Shown here one piece after another: positions 47,831-56,849 of a stretch of 64,000 nt of DNA. The notes beneath the pieces were generated by a model that was not told where the DNA came from, did not search any database, and saw only the letters and a list, made by a program, of their open reading frames with translations. The first letter of the stretch is position 1; each line of letters begins with the position of its first letter. The DNA comes from Candidatus Eiseniibacteriota bacterium (GTDB lineage Bacteria; Eisenbacteria; RBG-16-71-46; CAVPCR01), in assembly GCA_963823555.1 (NCBI GenBank), contig CAWGMA010000002.1:32001-96000 (forward strand), read 5' to 3'. Made by a program: the position numbers and the translations under genes.

Positions 47831-48670
47831 ATGCTGGGTGTGGGAATCGTGGGGGCAGGACGCGCCGGCCGGGCGCGGATGCGGGCCATCGAGGGACGCG
47901 ACGATGTCAAGCTGATCGGAGTCGCTTCGTCCCAGGCTGATGTCGGCACCCACCAGTTTGCGGAGCTCACGGCGAGTCCCGATGTCGATGCCATCTTCGT
48001 CTGCTCGGTCAATGCCGCCCATGCCGAGCAGGTGGGCGCGGCGCTCGCAGCCGGCAAGCATGTGCTCTGTGAGTACCCCCTCGCTCTCTCCCACGACGAT
48101 GCGGTCCGCCTCTTCGACCTGGCGCAAGACCGTGGGCGCGTCCTTCATGTCGAACACATCGAGCTCCTGAGCGGCTCGCAGACAGCGCTCCGGCAGGCGG
48201 CGCGGGGGCTCGGCCGGCCCGTCGACGGCCGCTATCACACCGAGGCCAATTCGGAGGGCTGGATCGCCGACATGCGCCTCGCCGGGTTCCCTTCGTTCTC
48301 CGGCATCTCGCGGCTGAGCCGGCTGGTAGATCTCTTCGGCCCGGCCGGAGTGGAGGACGCCCACCTCGATGAGTTGGAGGACGAGCAGCGGCTCGTGGTC
48401 GACCTGAGCTTCGTGCATGGCGGGCGCTGCCGGCTCGACTACCGGCGCGGGCGGGGGCTGCCGCGACGCGAGGACTGGGATATCCGCTGCGAGCGTGGCG
48501 CGCTCCGCACCTTGCCGCCGGTTCCGACCAAGCCGCTCTTTGCCACCGATCTCGACTTCTTCGTCGGACGCGTGACCGCCGGCGAGGAGAGCTACATCTC
48601 GGATGAGCAGATTCTCGACGTGATGAGCCTCGCCGAGGAGATCGAGATCCGATGTCGCGGCGTGCGCTGA
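47831..48670 (+). CDS. Gfo/Idh/MocA oxidoreductase closely resembling biliverdin IXalpha reductase (BVR-A)
   Basis: GKHVLCEYP, LHVEHIELL, GFPSFSGISRL, LAEEI; SD AGGAGG. Confidence 0.8.
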   Translation: MLGVGIVGAGRAGRARMRAIEGRDDVKLIGVASSQADVGTHQFAELTASPDVDAIFVCSVNAAHAEQVGAALAAGKHVLCEYPLALSHDDAVRLFDLAQDRGRVLHVEHIELLSGSQTALRQAARGLGRPVDGRYHTEANSEGWIADMRLAGFPSFSGISRLSRLVDLFGPAGVEDAHLDELEDEQRLVVDLSFVHGGRCRLDYRRGRGLPRREDWDIRCERGALRTLPPVPTKPLFATDLDFFVGRVTAGEESYISDEQILDVMSLAEEIEIRCRGVR

Positions 48671-48933
48671 GATCCGGAACACCCGTGGCCGGGGGGCGGT
48701 AGACCCGCGGGCCGGGCGGGCGGCACTCGCTTCTGGCGGGACATCCTCTCCGCCATCGCGATCGACATGGGGCGGGTGGCGCCGACAAGAGACCTGACCC
48801 CGCTCCCGCCTGCTCGCGCTTCAGGAAGAGCGACTCGATTCCCTCCTGGCCGCGTTCTGCCGGAGCTCCGCGCTTCTACCGTCGCCGCTGGGGCGTCGCC
48901 CCGGAAGCGGTACCCACGCGGGGGGAGAGCGAA

Positions 48934-49461
48934 ATGAACGTGAAGGAGAAGATCGCACGCCAGTACCACGCGGCGTTCGAGATGCTCGAGCGTGCCGTGA
49001 TCGCGTGCCCCGAAACGGCCTGGGATAGCCCGGCGCACGCGAATCGGTTCTGGCGGGTGGCGTATCACGCGCTCTTCTACACCCATCTCTATCTCCAGGA
49101 ATCCGAGGAGCACTTCACGCCCTGGAGCGGCCATCGCGGTGAGGCGCACTTTCTCGGCCGCCGCCCCTGGCCACCGCACGACCCGCCGGAGCTGGGCGCG
49201 CCCTACACCAGAGCCGAGGTTCTCGACTATCTCGGCTGCGTGAGGCGGCAGGTCGCCACGTGGCTCGAACCGCTCGATCTGGAGGGTTCATCGGGATTCC
49301 AGTGGTTGCCGCTCACCAAGTTCGAGCTCCAGCTGTACAACATCCGACACGTGCAGCATCATGCCGGCCAGCTCACCGACCGCCTGCGCAACGCGGCCGG
49401 TATCGGCATCGAATGGGTGGGCGCTCACCCCGGTCCGGCGCCGGAGGATTCGATATGCTGA
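48934..49461 (+). CDS. DinB-family protein
   Basis: FW..AYH.LFY and YNIRHVQHH.GQL. Confidence 0.85.
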   Translation: MNVKEKIARQYHAAFEMLERAVIACPETAWDSPAHANRFWRVAYHALFYTHLYLQESEEHFTPWSGHRGEAHFLGRRPWPPHDPPELGAPYTRAEVLDYLGCVRRQVATWLEPLDLEGSSGFQWLPLTKFELQLYNIRHVQHHAGQLTDRLRNAAGIGIEWVGAHPGPAPEDSIC

Positions 49462-50258
49462 GCGGTGAAGGCGAGTCCCGCGCGCCGATCACGGTCGAGC
49501 GGCTCGACGCCGGCCGGCGCGCCGACTTCTTCGCCCTGCACGGTCATCCGCCCTTCGACTGGTGCTTCTGTGTCGCCTGGAACGTCGAGTCATGGGAAGG
49601 TTGGGGCGAACGCAGCGCCGCAGAGAACCGCGCTCTTCGCGAGGAGATGCTGGCTCGAGGCCGTTGCGATGGCTACCTGCTCTATGTCGGAGACGAGGTC
49701 GCTGGCTGGTGCCAGTGCGGTCCGCGCGACGACTGGCCGAAGCTCAGGCTCGAGTTCGACCTGCCGCCGCGTCCCGACACCTGGGCCGTGACCTGCTTCT
49801 GCGTCCGGCCCGAGTATCGCCGGCGAGGATTGGCGCACGCGCTCCTGGCTGGGGTGCTCGCTGACCTGCGACGCCGGGAAGTCGCGCGAGTGGAGGCCTT
49901 CCCCCGCCCCGGCCGGCACCAGGACGACGAGGTGTGGACGGGACCAGAGAATCTCTTTCTTCGCGCCGGGTTCCGACCCGTGATGGCGGGCCGGCGGCGC
50001 TCGGTGATGTCACTCGAGCTTTCGTCGCGAGCGGCCAACCCGATCGAGGTGACCATGAGTCCTGAATCGACCGTGCTGCGGCGGTCCCGCGACAAGATGA
50101 TCGCCGGGGTTTGTGCCGGGATCGCCGAGAGGCTCGGCTGGCCTGCGAATCGCGTGCGCATTGCGTATGGGGTGCTGTCCATTCTGAGCGCGGCCTTCCC
50201 CGGCATCCTGGTCTACGTGGTGCTGTGGATCGCCATGCCGGGGCCGGAGGAGCCGTGA
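49455..50258 (+). CDS. GNAT acetyltransferase read in frame into a PspC domain (internal ATG at 50055)
   Basis: WCFC, GWCQCGPR, CFCVRPEYRRRGLA; then LRRSRDKMIAGVCAGIAE...YVVLWIAMP; no stop between the domains. Confidence 0.8.
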   Translation: MLSGEGESRAPITVERLDAGRRADFFALHGHPPFDWCFCVAWNVESWEGWGERSAAENRALREEMLARGRCDGYLLYVGDEVAGWCQCGPRDDWPKLRLEFDLPPRPDTWAVTCFCVRPEYRRRGLAHALLAGVLADLRRREVARVEAFPRPGRHQDDEVWTGPENLFLRAGFRPVMAGRRRSVMSLELSSRAANPIEVTMSPESTVLRRSRDKMIAGVCAGIAERLGWPANRVRIAYGVLSILSAAFPGILVYVVLWIAMPGPEEP

Positions 50259-50269
50259 ACGAACCGGAC

Positions 50270-51322
50270 ATGGAGAGCTTGCTCAGGGACTGGGATGGCG
50301 AAGCGTTGATCACCCGCTTCGATCGTCCCGCCGCGAGCTGGATCTTCATCGCCATTCACTCCACTCGGCTCGGCCCGGCGGCGGGCGGCACGCGCCTCAA
50401 GGTCTATCCGTATCCCCGGCTCGCCCTGGCCGATGCCTTGAAGCTCGCCGCGAGCATGACCTACAAGTACGCGGTCGCCGGGTTTCCCCGCGGCGGGGGC
50501 AAGGCGGTGATCGCGGTTCCTCCCGGCCTCGAGCCCGCGTCACGATCGGATCTCCTGCGCCGCTACGGCTCCTTGATCAAGGAGCTCGGCGGTCTCTACT
50601 TCACCGGGCCGGATGTCGGCACGGTGCCCGCGGACATGGACGTGATCGCCGAGACCGGAGATCCCTACGTGCACTGCCGGACCGAGGCCAGGGGCGGGGC
50701 GGGAGGATCGGGTCCGGCTACAGCGCTCGGGGTCTTCACGGCGATCGAGACCGCGTGCTGCTTTCTGTTCGGTACGGAAGCGCTCAGCGATCGCACCGTG
50801 CTGGTCCAGGGCGCGGGCAGCGTCGGCGCGCCGCTCATCGAGCGCCTGCTCGCTGCCGGCGCCACGGTCGCCTTCAGCGATCTGGATGCGGACACGGTCC
50901 ACCGCTTTCGCGATCAGCATGGACTCGAGTTCGTGCCGCCGGATCAGGTCGCCGACTTCGCTTGCGATGTGTTCGCGCCATGTGCCATGGGCGGCATCCT
51001 CGACGCCGAGACGATCGCGCGCCTGCGCTGTCGCGCGATCGTCGGCGGGGCCAACAACCAGCTCGCCACACCGGCCGATGCCGGGAGGCTGCGCGATCGT
51101 GGAATCCTCTACGCACCGGATTTCGTCGTGAACGTCGGTGGCGCGATGGCTATCACCGGGATCGAGGCCATGGGCTGGTCGCCGGCTCGCGCCGAGGATG
51201 AAGTGCGGCGGGTCGGACCCACCTTGTCCCGGGTGTTCGAGGCGGCGCGAGCGCAGGGCATCACGACCGAGGCGGCGGCGCTCGACCTTGCCGCCGCACG
51301 GCTCGCCGCCACGGGTTCCTGA
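50270..51322 (+). CDS. Glu/Leu/Phe/Val dehydrogenase (leucine dehydrogenase-like)
   Basis: IAIHST.LGPA.GG.R, MTYK, GGGKAVI, GPDVGT, PCAMG, GGANNQL, YAPDF..N.GG. Confidence 0.93.
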   Translation: MESLLRDWDGEALITRFDRPAASWIFIAIHSTRLGPAAGGTRLKVYPYPRLALADALKLAASMTYKYAVAGFPRGGGKAVIAVPPGLEPASRSDLLRRYGSLIKELGGLYFTGPDVGTVPADMDVIAETGDPYVHCRTEARGGAGGSGPATALGVFTAIETACCFLFGTEALSDRTVLVQGAGSVGAPLIERLLAAGATVAFSDLDADTVHRFRDQHGLEFVPPDQVADFACDVFAPCAMGGILDAETIARLRCRAIVGGANNQLATPADAGRLRDRGILYAPDFVVNVGGAMAITGIEAMGWSPARAEDEVRRVGPTLSRVFEAARAQGITTEAAALDLAAARLAATGS

Positions 51323-51542
51323 TGGGGTGCGCGCCATGTGATCCTGCGGGTAGCTTCGGAGGAGGCCGGCCCGCCGTCTCATGAGCGCGGATCCAGCGGT
51401 GCAGCATGGCGTGATGACCGCGGTGCTCCATCCCTTTCGCGTCGCGCTCCGCGCCGATCGCTGGGATGATGATCCTGCCTGATGGGAAGAAGATCGTCGC
51501 GAGACAGGTGCCGCTCGCCGGCCACGAGGAGGGAATGCGGGA

Positions 51543-52328
51543 GTGAAGATCTACACCGTCGATGCGTTCACGGCGGAACCTTTCCGCGGCAATCCGGCCG
51601 GGGTGTGCATGCTCTCCGCGGCGAAGGATGAACGCTGGATGCAACAGGTGGCGCGCGAGATGAACCTCTCCGAGACAGCGTTCCTCCGGCGCCGCGCCGA
51701 CGGGTTCGACCTCCGCTGGTTCACGCCGGTGGCCGAGGTCGAGCTTTGCGGCCATGCCACCCTGGCCAGCGCGCACATTCTCTGGGAGAGCGGTCACCTG
51801 GCCGGCGAAGCCGAGGCGCGCTTTCACACCCTCAGCGGTCTCCTCCGCGCCAACCGCAGGGGAGACGCGATCGAGCTCGATTTTCCCGCCACGCCGGCCG
51901 AGCCGGCGGAGATCCCGAACGCCGTGCTCGCCGCCCTCGGCGCCGAACCGACCTTCGTCGGGCGGAGCCGCTTCGACTACCTCGTCGAGGTCGGATCGGA
52001 GGACGAGGTGCGCCGGCTCGCGCCCGATTTCACCCGCCTCAAGGCCTGTGCCGTTCGTGGCATCATGGTCACGAGCCGGGCCGAGACCGCAGGCTACGAT
52101 TTCGTGTCGCGCTTCTTCGCTCCGGCTTTCGGGGTCGACGAGGATCCGGTCACCGGATCCGCTCACTGTTGCCTCGCGCCGCACTGGAGCCGGCGGCTGT
52201 CCAGGGCGGAAATGACGGCCTACCAGGCCTCCGCGCGTGGTGGAGAGATCCGCGTTCGCGTGGCCGGTGACCGGGTTCATCTCGCCGGCAACGCGATCAC
52301 CGTGATCCGCGGGGAGTTGTTCCACTAG
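51543..52328 (+). CDS. PhzF-family epimerase-like protein
   Basis: VDAF...PF.GNPA, NLSETAF, LRWFTP..EV.LCGHATLA, EDPVTGSAH. Confidence 0.93.
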   Translation: MKIYTVDAFTAEPFRGNPAGVCMLSAAKDERWMQQVAREMNLSETAFLRRRADGFDLRWFTPVAEVELCGHATLASAHILWESGHLAGEAEARFHTLSGLLRANRRGDAIELDFPATPAEPAEIPNAVLAALGAEPTFVGRSRFDYLVEVGSEDEVRRLAPDFTRLKACAVRGIMVTSRAETAGYDFVSRFFAPAFGVDEDPVTGSAHCCLAPHWSRRLSRAEMTAYQASARGGEIRVRVAGDRVHLAGNAITVIRGELFH

Positions 52329-52820
52329 ATGAACGATCGCGAGATGAACGATCATGCCTTTCAGGATCTGATTCCCAATAATCTGTGTTTCGGTTGTGGG
52401 CCGCAGAACCCGGCCGGCTTGAAGATCAAGAGCTACTGGGAAGGCGAAGCATCGGTCTGCACGTACGAGCCGCAGCCGCATCAAGCCGCGGGTCCGGACC
52501 AGGTCCTGAACGGCGGGGTGATCGCCACCCTCATCGACTGCCATTGCATCTGCACCGCCATCGCCCGGGCCTACCGCAGCGAGGGTCGCGCCATCGGTTC
52601 GGTCCCCGGCCTCTGGTATGCGACCGGCAAGCTCGAGGTCCGCTATCTGCGCCCGACGCCGATGTCCCGGCCGGTCGTGTTGCGCGCCCGGGTCGTCGCC
52701 GAGTCGCCCCGGAAGACGGTTCTTGCCTGCACGCTTTCGTCGGGCGGTGCGATCTGTGCCGAGGCCGAGGTGGTGGCCGTGAGGGTCGATGCGGAGTGGA
52801 TGGCGGGGGTGTCGCCATGA
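52329..52820 (+). CDS. PaaI-like hotdog thioesterase
   Basis: CFGCG..N..GL, LNGGVIATLIDCH, YLRPTP. Confidence 0.88.
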   Translation: MNDREMNDHAFQDLIPNNLCFGCGPQNPAGLKIKSYWEGEASVCTYEPQPHQAAGPDQVLNGGVIATLIDCHCICTAIARAYRSEGRAIGSVPGLWYATGKLEVRYLRPTPMSRPVVLRARVVAESPRKTVLACTLSSGGAICAEAEVVAVRVDAEWMAGVSP

Positions 52821-52852
52821 CGGCCCAGGCGTGAACGCCAGGAAGGTGAGCG

Positions 52853-53275
52853 ATGGACGATCCACCGGTCGGAGCCGATGAATTCGCGCGGCGACTCAAG
52901 ACCCTGTGCTCGAGCGGGCTCGGTCCGGGCCTCCCTCGCAGGCGACGCGATGCGCACATCCTCCTCTACAGCATCGCTCTCGTGTTCGTGCCCCAGCGGA
53001 GCTACGATGAGCCAGCGGTGGGATGCCTGATCGAGGAGTGGCTCGACGCCGCCGGTCCATTCGTCGGCTTCGACCGTGTGACTCTCCGCCGGAGTCTCGT
53101 CGACGAGGGATACCTGGTGCGTGACACCGCGGGCAAGGCCTACACGGTGCGGCGCACCGGCCGCGGTCAGATGAGCTTCGAGCCGGCGGTGAACCAGCTT
53201 GATCCGAAATCGATTCTCCGTGCGGCTCGCAGCCGCTCGAGGATCTCTCGCGAGGAGGAATCGGGGCATGACTGA
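52853..53275 (+). CDS. DUF2087-like winged-helix protein
   Basis: LP.R, Y.E..V, D.VTLRR.LVD.GYL.RD..G..Y. Confidence 0.75.
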   Translation: MDDPPVGADEFARRLKTLCSSGLGPGLPRRRRDAHILLYSIALVFVPQRSYDEPAVGCLIEEWLDAAGPFVGFDRVTLRRSLVDEGYLVRDTAGKAYTVRRTGRGQMSFEPAVNQLDPKSILRAARSRSRISREEESGHD

Positions 53276-54173
53276 ACCAGAGCGCTTCCGTGGCTGTTTG
53301 CTTGGCTTGGCCGTGGGCGACGCGCTGGGAGTGACTCTCGAGTTCTCCACGCGTGGATTCGCCCAGCTGACGGACATGGTCGGCGGCGGACCGTTCGATC
53401 TCCGTCCTGGTCAGTGGACGGATGACACCTCGATGGCGCTGTGCCTGGCGGTGAGCCTGCTCGAGAAGAACGGCTTCAATGCCGAGGATCAGATGCAGCG
53501 CTACTGCCGGTGGTGGGAAGGCGGGTACCTGAGCTCGACCGGCACCTGCTTCGACATCGGCGCCACGGTGACGGCCGCTCTCCGTCGCTACCTGGACACC
53601 GGTGAGGCCTTCGCCGGGTCGAGCGAGAAACGATCCGCCGGCAACGGCTCCATCATGCGTCTGGCACCCGTTCCCATGTTCTACTACCCGGATGAGGACG
53701 CAGCCGTCGCTCATGCCGCGGAGAGCTCGCGTACCACGCACGCTCATCCCGAGTGCCTGGATGCGTGCCGTCTCCTCGCCGGGATCATCCTCCGCGCGCT
53801 GGCCGGTCGCAGCAAGGAAGAAGTCCTTCTCGGAGCCGCCGGCACCTTCAGTGGGGCACCGAAGATCGTTGGCCTGGCCCGCGGCGAGTACCGGGACAAG
53901 GCCTACGAGCGGATCAACGGTTCGGGTTACGTGGTCGAGAGCCTGGAGGCGGCGCTGTGGTGCTTCGCGCACGCGGATCACTTCGAGGACGCGGTGCTCG
54001 CCGCGGTGAACCTGGCCGACGACTCCGATACGACAGGAGCGGTTTGCGGGCAGATCGCCGGGGCGTTCTACGGCGAGGCGGAAATTCCTGCGAAATGGCT
54101 CGAGCGCCTGGCGATGCGGGAGCTGATCGCCGACCTCGCGGATCGCCTCCATGCCGCGCATCCGGGCGGGTGA
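53268..54173 (+). CDS. ADP-ribosylglycohydrolase (DraG/ARH family)
   Basis: GLAVGDALG, WTDDT, GNGSIMR, DSDTTGAV.GQIAGA.YG. Confidence 0.95.
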   Translation: MTEPERFRGCLLGLAVGDALGVTLEFSTRGFAQLTDMVGGGPFDLRPGQWTDDTSMALCLAVSLLEKNGFNAEDQMQRYCRWWEGGYLSSTGTCFDIGATVTAALRRYLDTGEAFAGSSEKRSAGNGSIMRLAPVPMFYYPDEDAAVAHAAESSRTTHAHPECLDACRLLAGIILRALAGRSKEEVLLGAAGTFSGAPKIVGLARGEYRDKAYERINGSGYVVESLEAALWCFAHADHFEDAVLAAVNLADDSDTTGAVCGQIAGAFYGEAEIPAKWLERLAMRELIADLADRLHAAHPGG

Positions 54174-54228
54174 TCCCCGCCTCCCGGCGTCGGACAGACG
54201 CGGACGTGTGGAGCCCGGATACCCGGGC

Positions 54229-55026
54229 CTACTCCTTCTTGTTCTCGGCGTTCCGCACCAGCATCTCCGCCTGCTGGACCATGGCCCCCGGAAGCACGTG
54301 CAGCGAGTCGAGGGACTCGACCTGGGGAACCACGATGTCCACCGTCGCCGGCGGCAGCCCGGCATAGGGGTCCGCGGCCTGGGCGAGCGAGGCCCGGGCG
54401 CGGGCCTGCTTGTCCGGCGGCATCGTGGCGATGATCGACGTGTCGGCGAGCACATGGGAGATCATGTTGGCTCTTCGCCAGCGCCGGAGGACATCCTCGA
54501 CCGTGGCGCTGACCTCCTGGTAGCGGGTGAGCTCCATGTCGGCCGCCTCCGCCCCGGCAGCTTGCCGCGCCGGCGTGTCCCGCAGCTGCGTCAGGACAGC
54601 CCGGCCCGCGTCCATGTCCGGGGCCGACATCAGATCACTCATCAGGGATTCGGCGTGGGCGATCTCGGCGCTCTGGCCGCGCCGGTAGGCTTCGACATCG
54701 GATCGGGTGATCGCGATCGGGGCCGCCGGCGTCGGGCTCTCGCCGGTCGTCGCGGCATCCGGGGCCGCATCGGATGCCGCGGTGCCGCCTGCGGCAGCGG
54801 GGTCGGCCGGCTCCCCCGCTGCGGGCTGGATCAGGTCCGCCTCGCTGCCGGCGTTCGCGGTGGTTTCCGGCGCCTGGCCGGCGTGGGAGGTGGCCTGAGC
54901 GTCTTCCCCCGCCGTTCCTGGAGCGGTGTCATCCTTCTTGCCACAGCCGTCCATCGCCAGAATCGAGATCAGAATCACAGCTCCCACGACCGCGCGCGGT
55001 CGCCGGCCGAACCGGATCGTCATCAT
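54229..55026 (-). CDS. Hypothetical lipoprotein with Ala/Pro-rich linker
   Basis: Lipobox-like MDGC; ATGA overlap with the pfp stop. Confidence 0.65.
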   Translation of the reverse strand: MMTIRFGRRPRAVVGAVILISILAMDGCGKKDDTAPGTAGEDAQATSHAGQAPETTANAGSEADLIQPAAGEPADPAAAGGTAASDAAPDAATTGESPTPAAPIAITRSDVEAYRRGQSAEIAHAESLMSDLMSAPDMDAGRAVLTQLRDTPARQAAGAEAADMELTRYQEVSATVEDVLRRWRRANMISHVLADTSIIATMPPDKQARARASLAQAADPYAGLPPATVDIVVPQVESLDSLHVLPGAMVQQAEMLVRNAENKKE

Positions 55027-56357
55027 TCCCTCCATACCCCACGATACTCGCCGATCGGGTCCACGCGCGTTTCGAGGAAGCGAGCGAGCCGGTAGAAATC
55101 GCTTCCCGGACGGATGAAACGCACCTGGGTGACCAGAGTCTCCGGGTTCACCAGCTTGTTGAATGGGACGTAGACCAGGTCGAGCTGCCCGGCCACGCTC
55201 ACCATGTGGCCATCGAGGTTCTCCTCGATGAGAGCCCGGTAGGCGCCGATTCCGAGCTGGCTCCCCAGCATGACGTCGAAGGCATGGGGTAGGGCACAGC
55301 GCGCCTCGTAGCCCAGCTGCATGCCGTTGATCTTCCGCTTCTTGCCCGTTCGCTTCTCGTATTCCTCGGTGACCAGGCGGGCCACCAGCTTGCCGAGGTC
55401 GAGCTTGCCAATCGAGATGTGTCCGTGCTCATCGCGCGCCAGGCCCTTGACGAGGCTCTCGGGCATCAGCTCGCCGAGACCCTCGGCGAGGACGACCACG
55501 CCGTAGTGCTTGCCCTCATTCCGCTCACGGCTCAGGATGAGCGCGATGATGCGATCGACGAGCGCCTCGAGGCGGAGCCGCCGCTCGCGGCGTTTCGTTC
55601 CGCTCTGCGGATCGATGATCTCTTCCTCATAGATCCAGTCGTTCTCGATGTCCTCGACGCTGATGATGAGATTGGCCTCCCCGGCGATCCCCACGCCGTA
55701 GGACAGCCAGCCCGCCTTGCGCCCCATGGATTCGACAATGAAGTAGGAGGATGTCGCTGCGGCATCGGCCCGGAGGTTCTTGAGCTCCTTGGCCATGACA
55801 TCGACGGCGGTGAAGAAACCGAAGGTGAAATCGATGCCCTCGTAGTCGTTGTCGATGGTCTTCGGCAGGTGAATGATGTGCACCCGGCGGGCGCTGGGCG
55901 GGAATCGGCGCTGGTATTCGTGGAAGTAATTGGCGGTCTTCAGGGTGTCGTCACCGCCGATGGTGATGACGGCGTCGACATGGAGATCGACGAATGCCTG
56001 ATAGATGTTGTGAACGAGGGCTGTCTTCTGCGGGTCGGCGAGGTCTCCGGGGTTCTTGATCTGCTTGCCGGGATTGGCGCGCGAGGTGCCGATGATGACG
56101 CCCTGCGTGTTGCGGATGCCGGTGACGTCCCCGAGAGTGAAATGCCGATAGTGCTCGTCGCGAACGAGCGGGTTGTGGGCCGGGTGGTAGTGCTGGAGAT
56201 TCTCGAAACCGTTCAGGATGCCCAGGACGTCGCGCCCGTCATCGAGAAAGCTGATGGCGCTCGATGAGATGACGGCGTTTGCGGCCGGTGCCGGACCGCC
56301 GGAGAAGACGATGGCGACGCGGCGGATGCGGTCGCCTTTCTTGAGCGGCTGCTCCAT
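55023..56357 (-). CDS. pfp: Phosphofructokinase, PPi-dependent type
   Basis: SGGPAP, GGDDT and PKTIDND (the Asp/Lys pair diagnostic of PPi use), MGR, GYE.R. Confidence 0.85.
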   Translation of the reverse strand: MEQPLKKGDRIRRVAIVFSGGPAPAANAVISSSAISFLDDGRDVLGILNGFENLQHYHPAHNPLVRDEHYRHFTLGDVTGIRNTQGVIIGTSRANPGKQIKNPGDLADPQKTALVHNIYQAFVDLHVDAVITIGGDDTLKTANYFHEYQRRFPPSARRVHIIHLPKTIDNDYEGIDFTFGFFTAVDVMAKELKNLRADAAATSSYFIVESMGRKAGWLSYGVGIAGEANLIISVEDIENDWIYEEEIIDPQSGTKRRERRLRLEALVDRIIALILSRERNEGKHYGVVVLAEGLGELMPESLVKGLARDEHGHISIGKLDLGKLVARLVTEEYEKRTGKKRKINGMQLGYEARCALPHAFDVMLGSQLGIGAYRALIEENLDGHMVSVAGQLDLVYVPFNKLVNPETLVTQVRFIRPGSDFYRLARFLETRVDPIGEYRGVWRE

Positions 56358-56404
56358 ACGGAAGGGAACTCCTTTCCACCATCCAGGGGCAGGGTCGGCC
56401 AGCG

Positions 56405-56707
56405 CTAGGTCCGCTGGCGGATCTCATCCTTCTTGCCTTCGGCTCGTTCGCGGATACGGCGCACCTCGACGGCTAGTTCGTCACGCAGCCGCACCGCATC
56501 CTCGGCATTGCCCGCCGCGAGCGCGGCCTGAATGCGTGATTTGGACAGGATCTCCTGTTCGGCGATCTTGGCCTGCATCTCGCGATCGATGGCCGCTATC
56601 TCTTGCTTCTGCTCTTCGGTGAGCGGCGGCCCGGCGCTGTCAGATTGGGCAAAGCGCTCCATGGCCAGCTCGTAGGCGCTCTTCATCGGCTTCTCGTCGC
56701 CCGCCAT
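56405..56707 (-). CDS. Small coiled-coil hypothetical protein
   Basis: MKSAYELAMER...LT.EQK..IA; SD AAGGAG. Confidence 0.75.
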   Translation of the reverse strand: MAGDEKPMKSAYELAMERFAQSDSAGPPLTEEQKQEIAAIDREMQAKIAEQEILSKSRIQAALAAGNAEDAVRLRDELAVEVRRIRERAEGKKDEIRQRT

Positions 56708-56849
56708 TCCTAGTCTCCTTGGTCGCGATCTCGGCGGCTGCCGCCGGCGCGTTCGCCCGCGCCCCGCGCCGCCGCTCCATCCAGGATTCGGATGCTACTA
56801 TAGCGCGTTGGCCGCCGCCGTCGCGCGGTACTCCATCCTGGCGGGAGGA

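Noticed and set aside
51543..52328. Phenazine biosynthesis cluster
   Set aside because: Only a lone PhzF-family gene; no phzA/B/D/E/G.
53268..54173. DraT/DraG nitrogenase regulation or a toxin-antitoxin pair
   Set aside because: No draT, nif or ADP-ribosyltransferase gene in the window.
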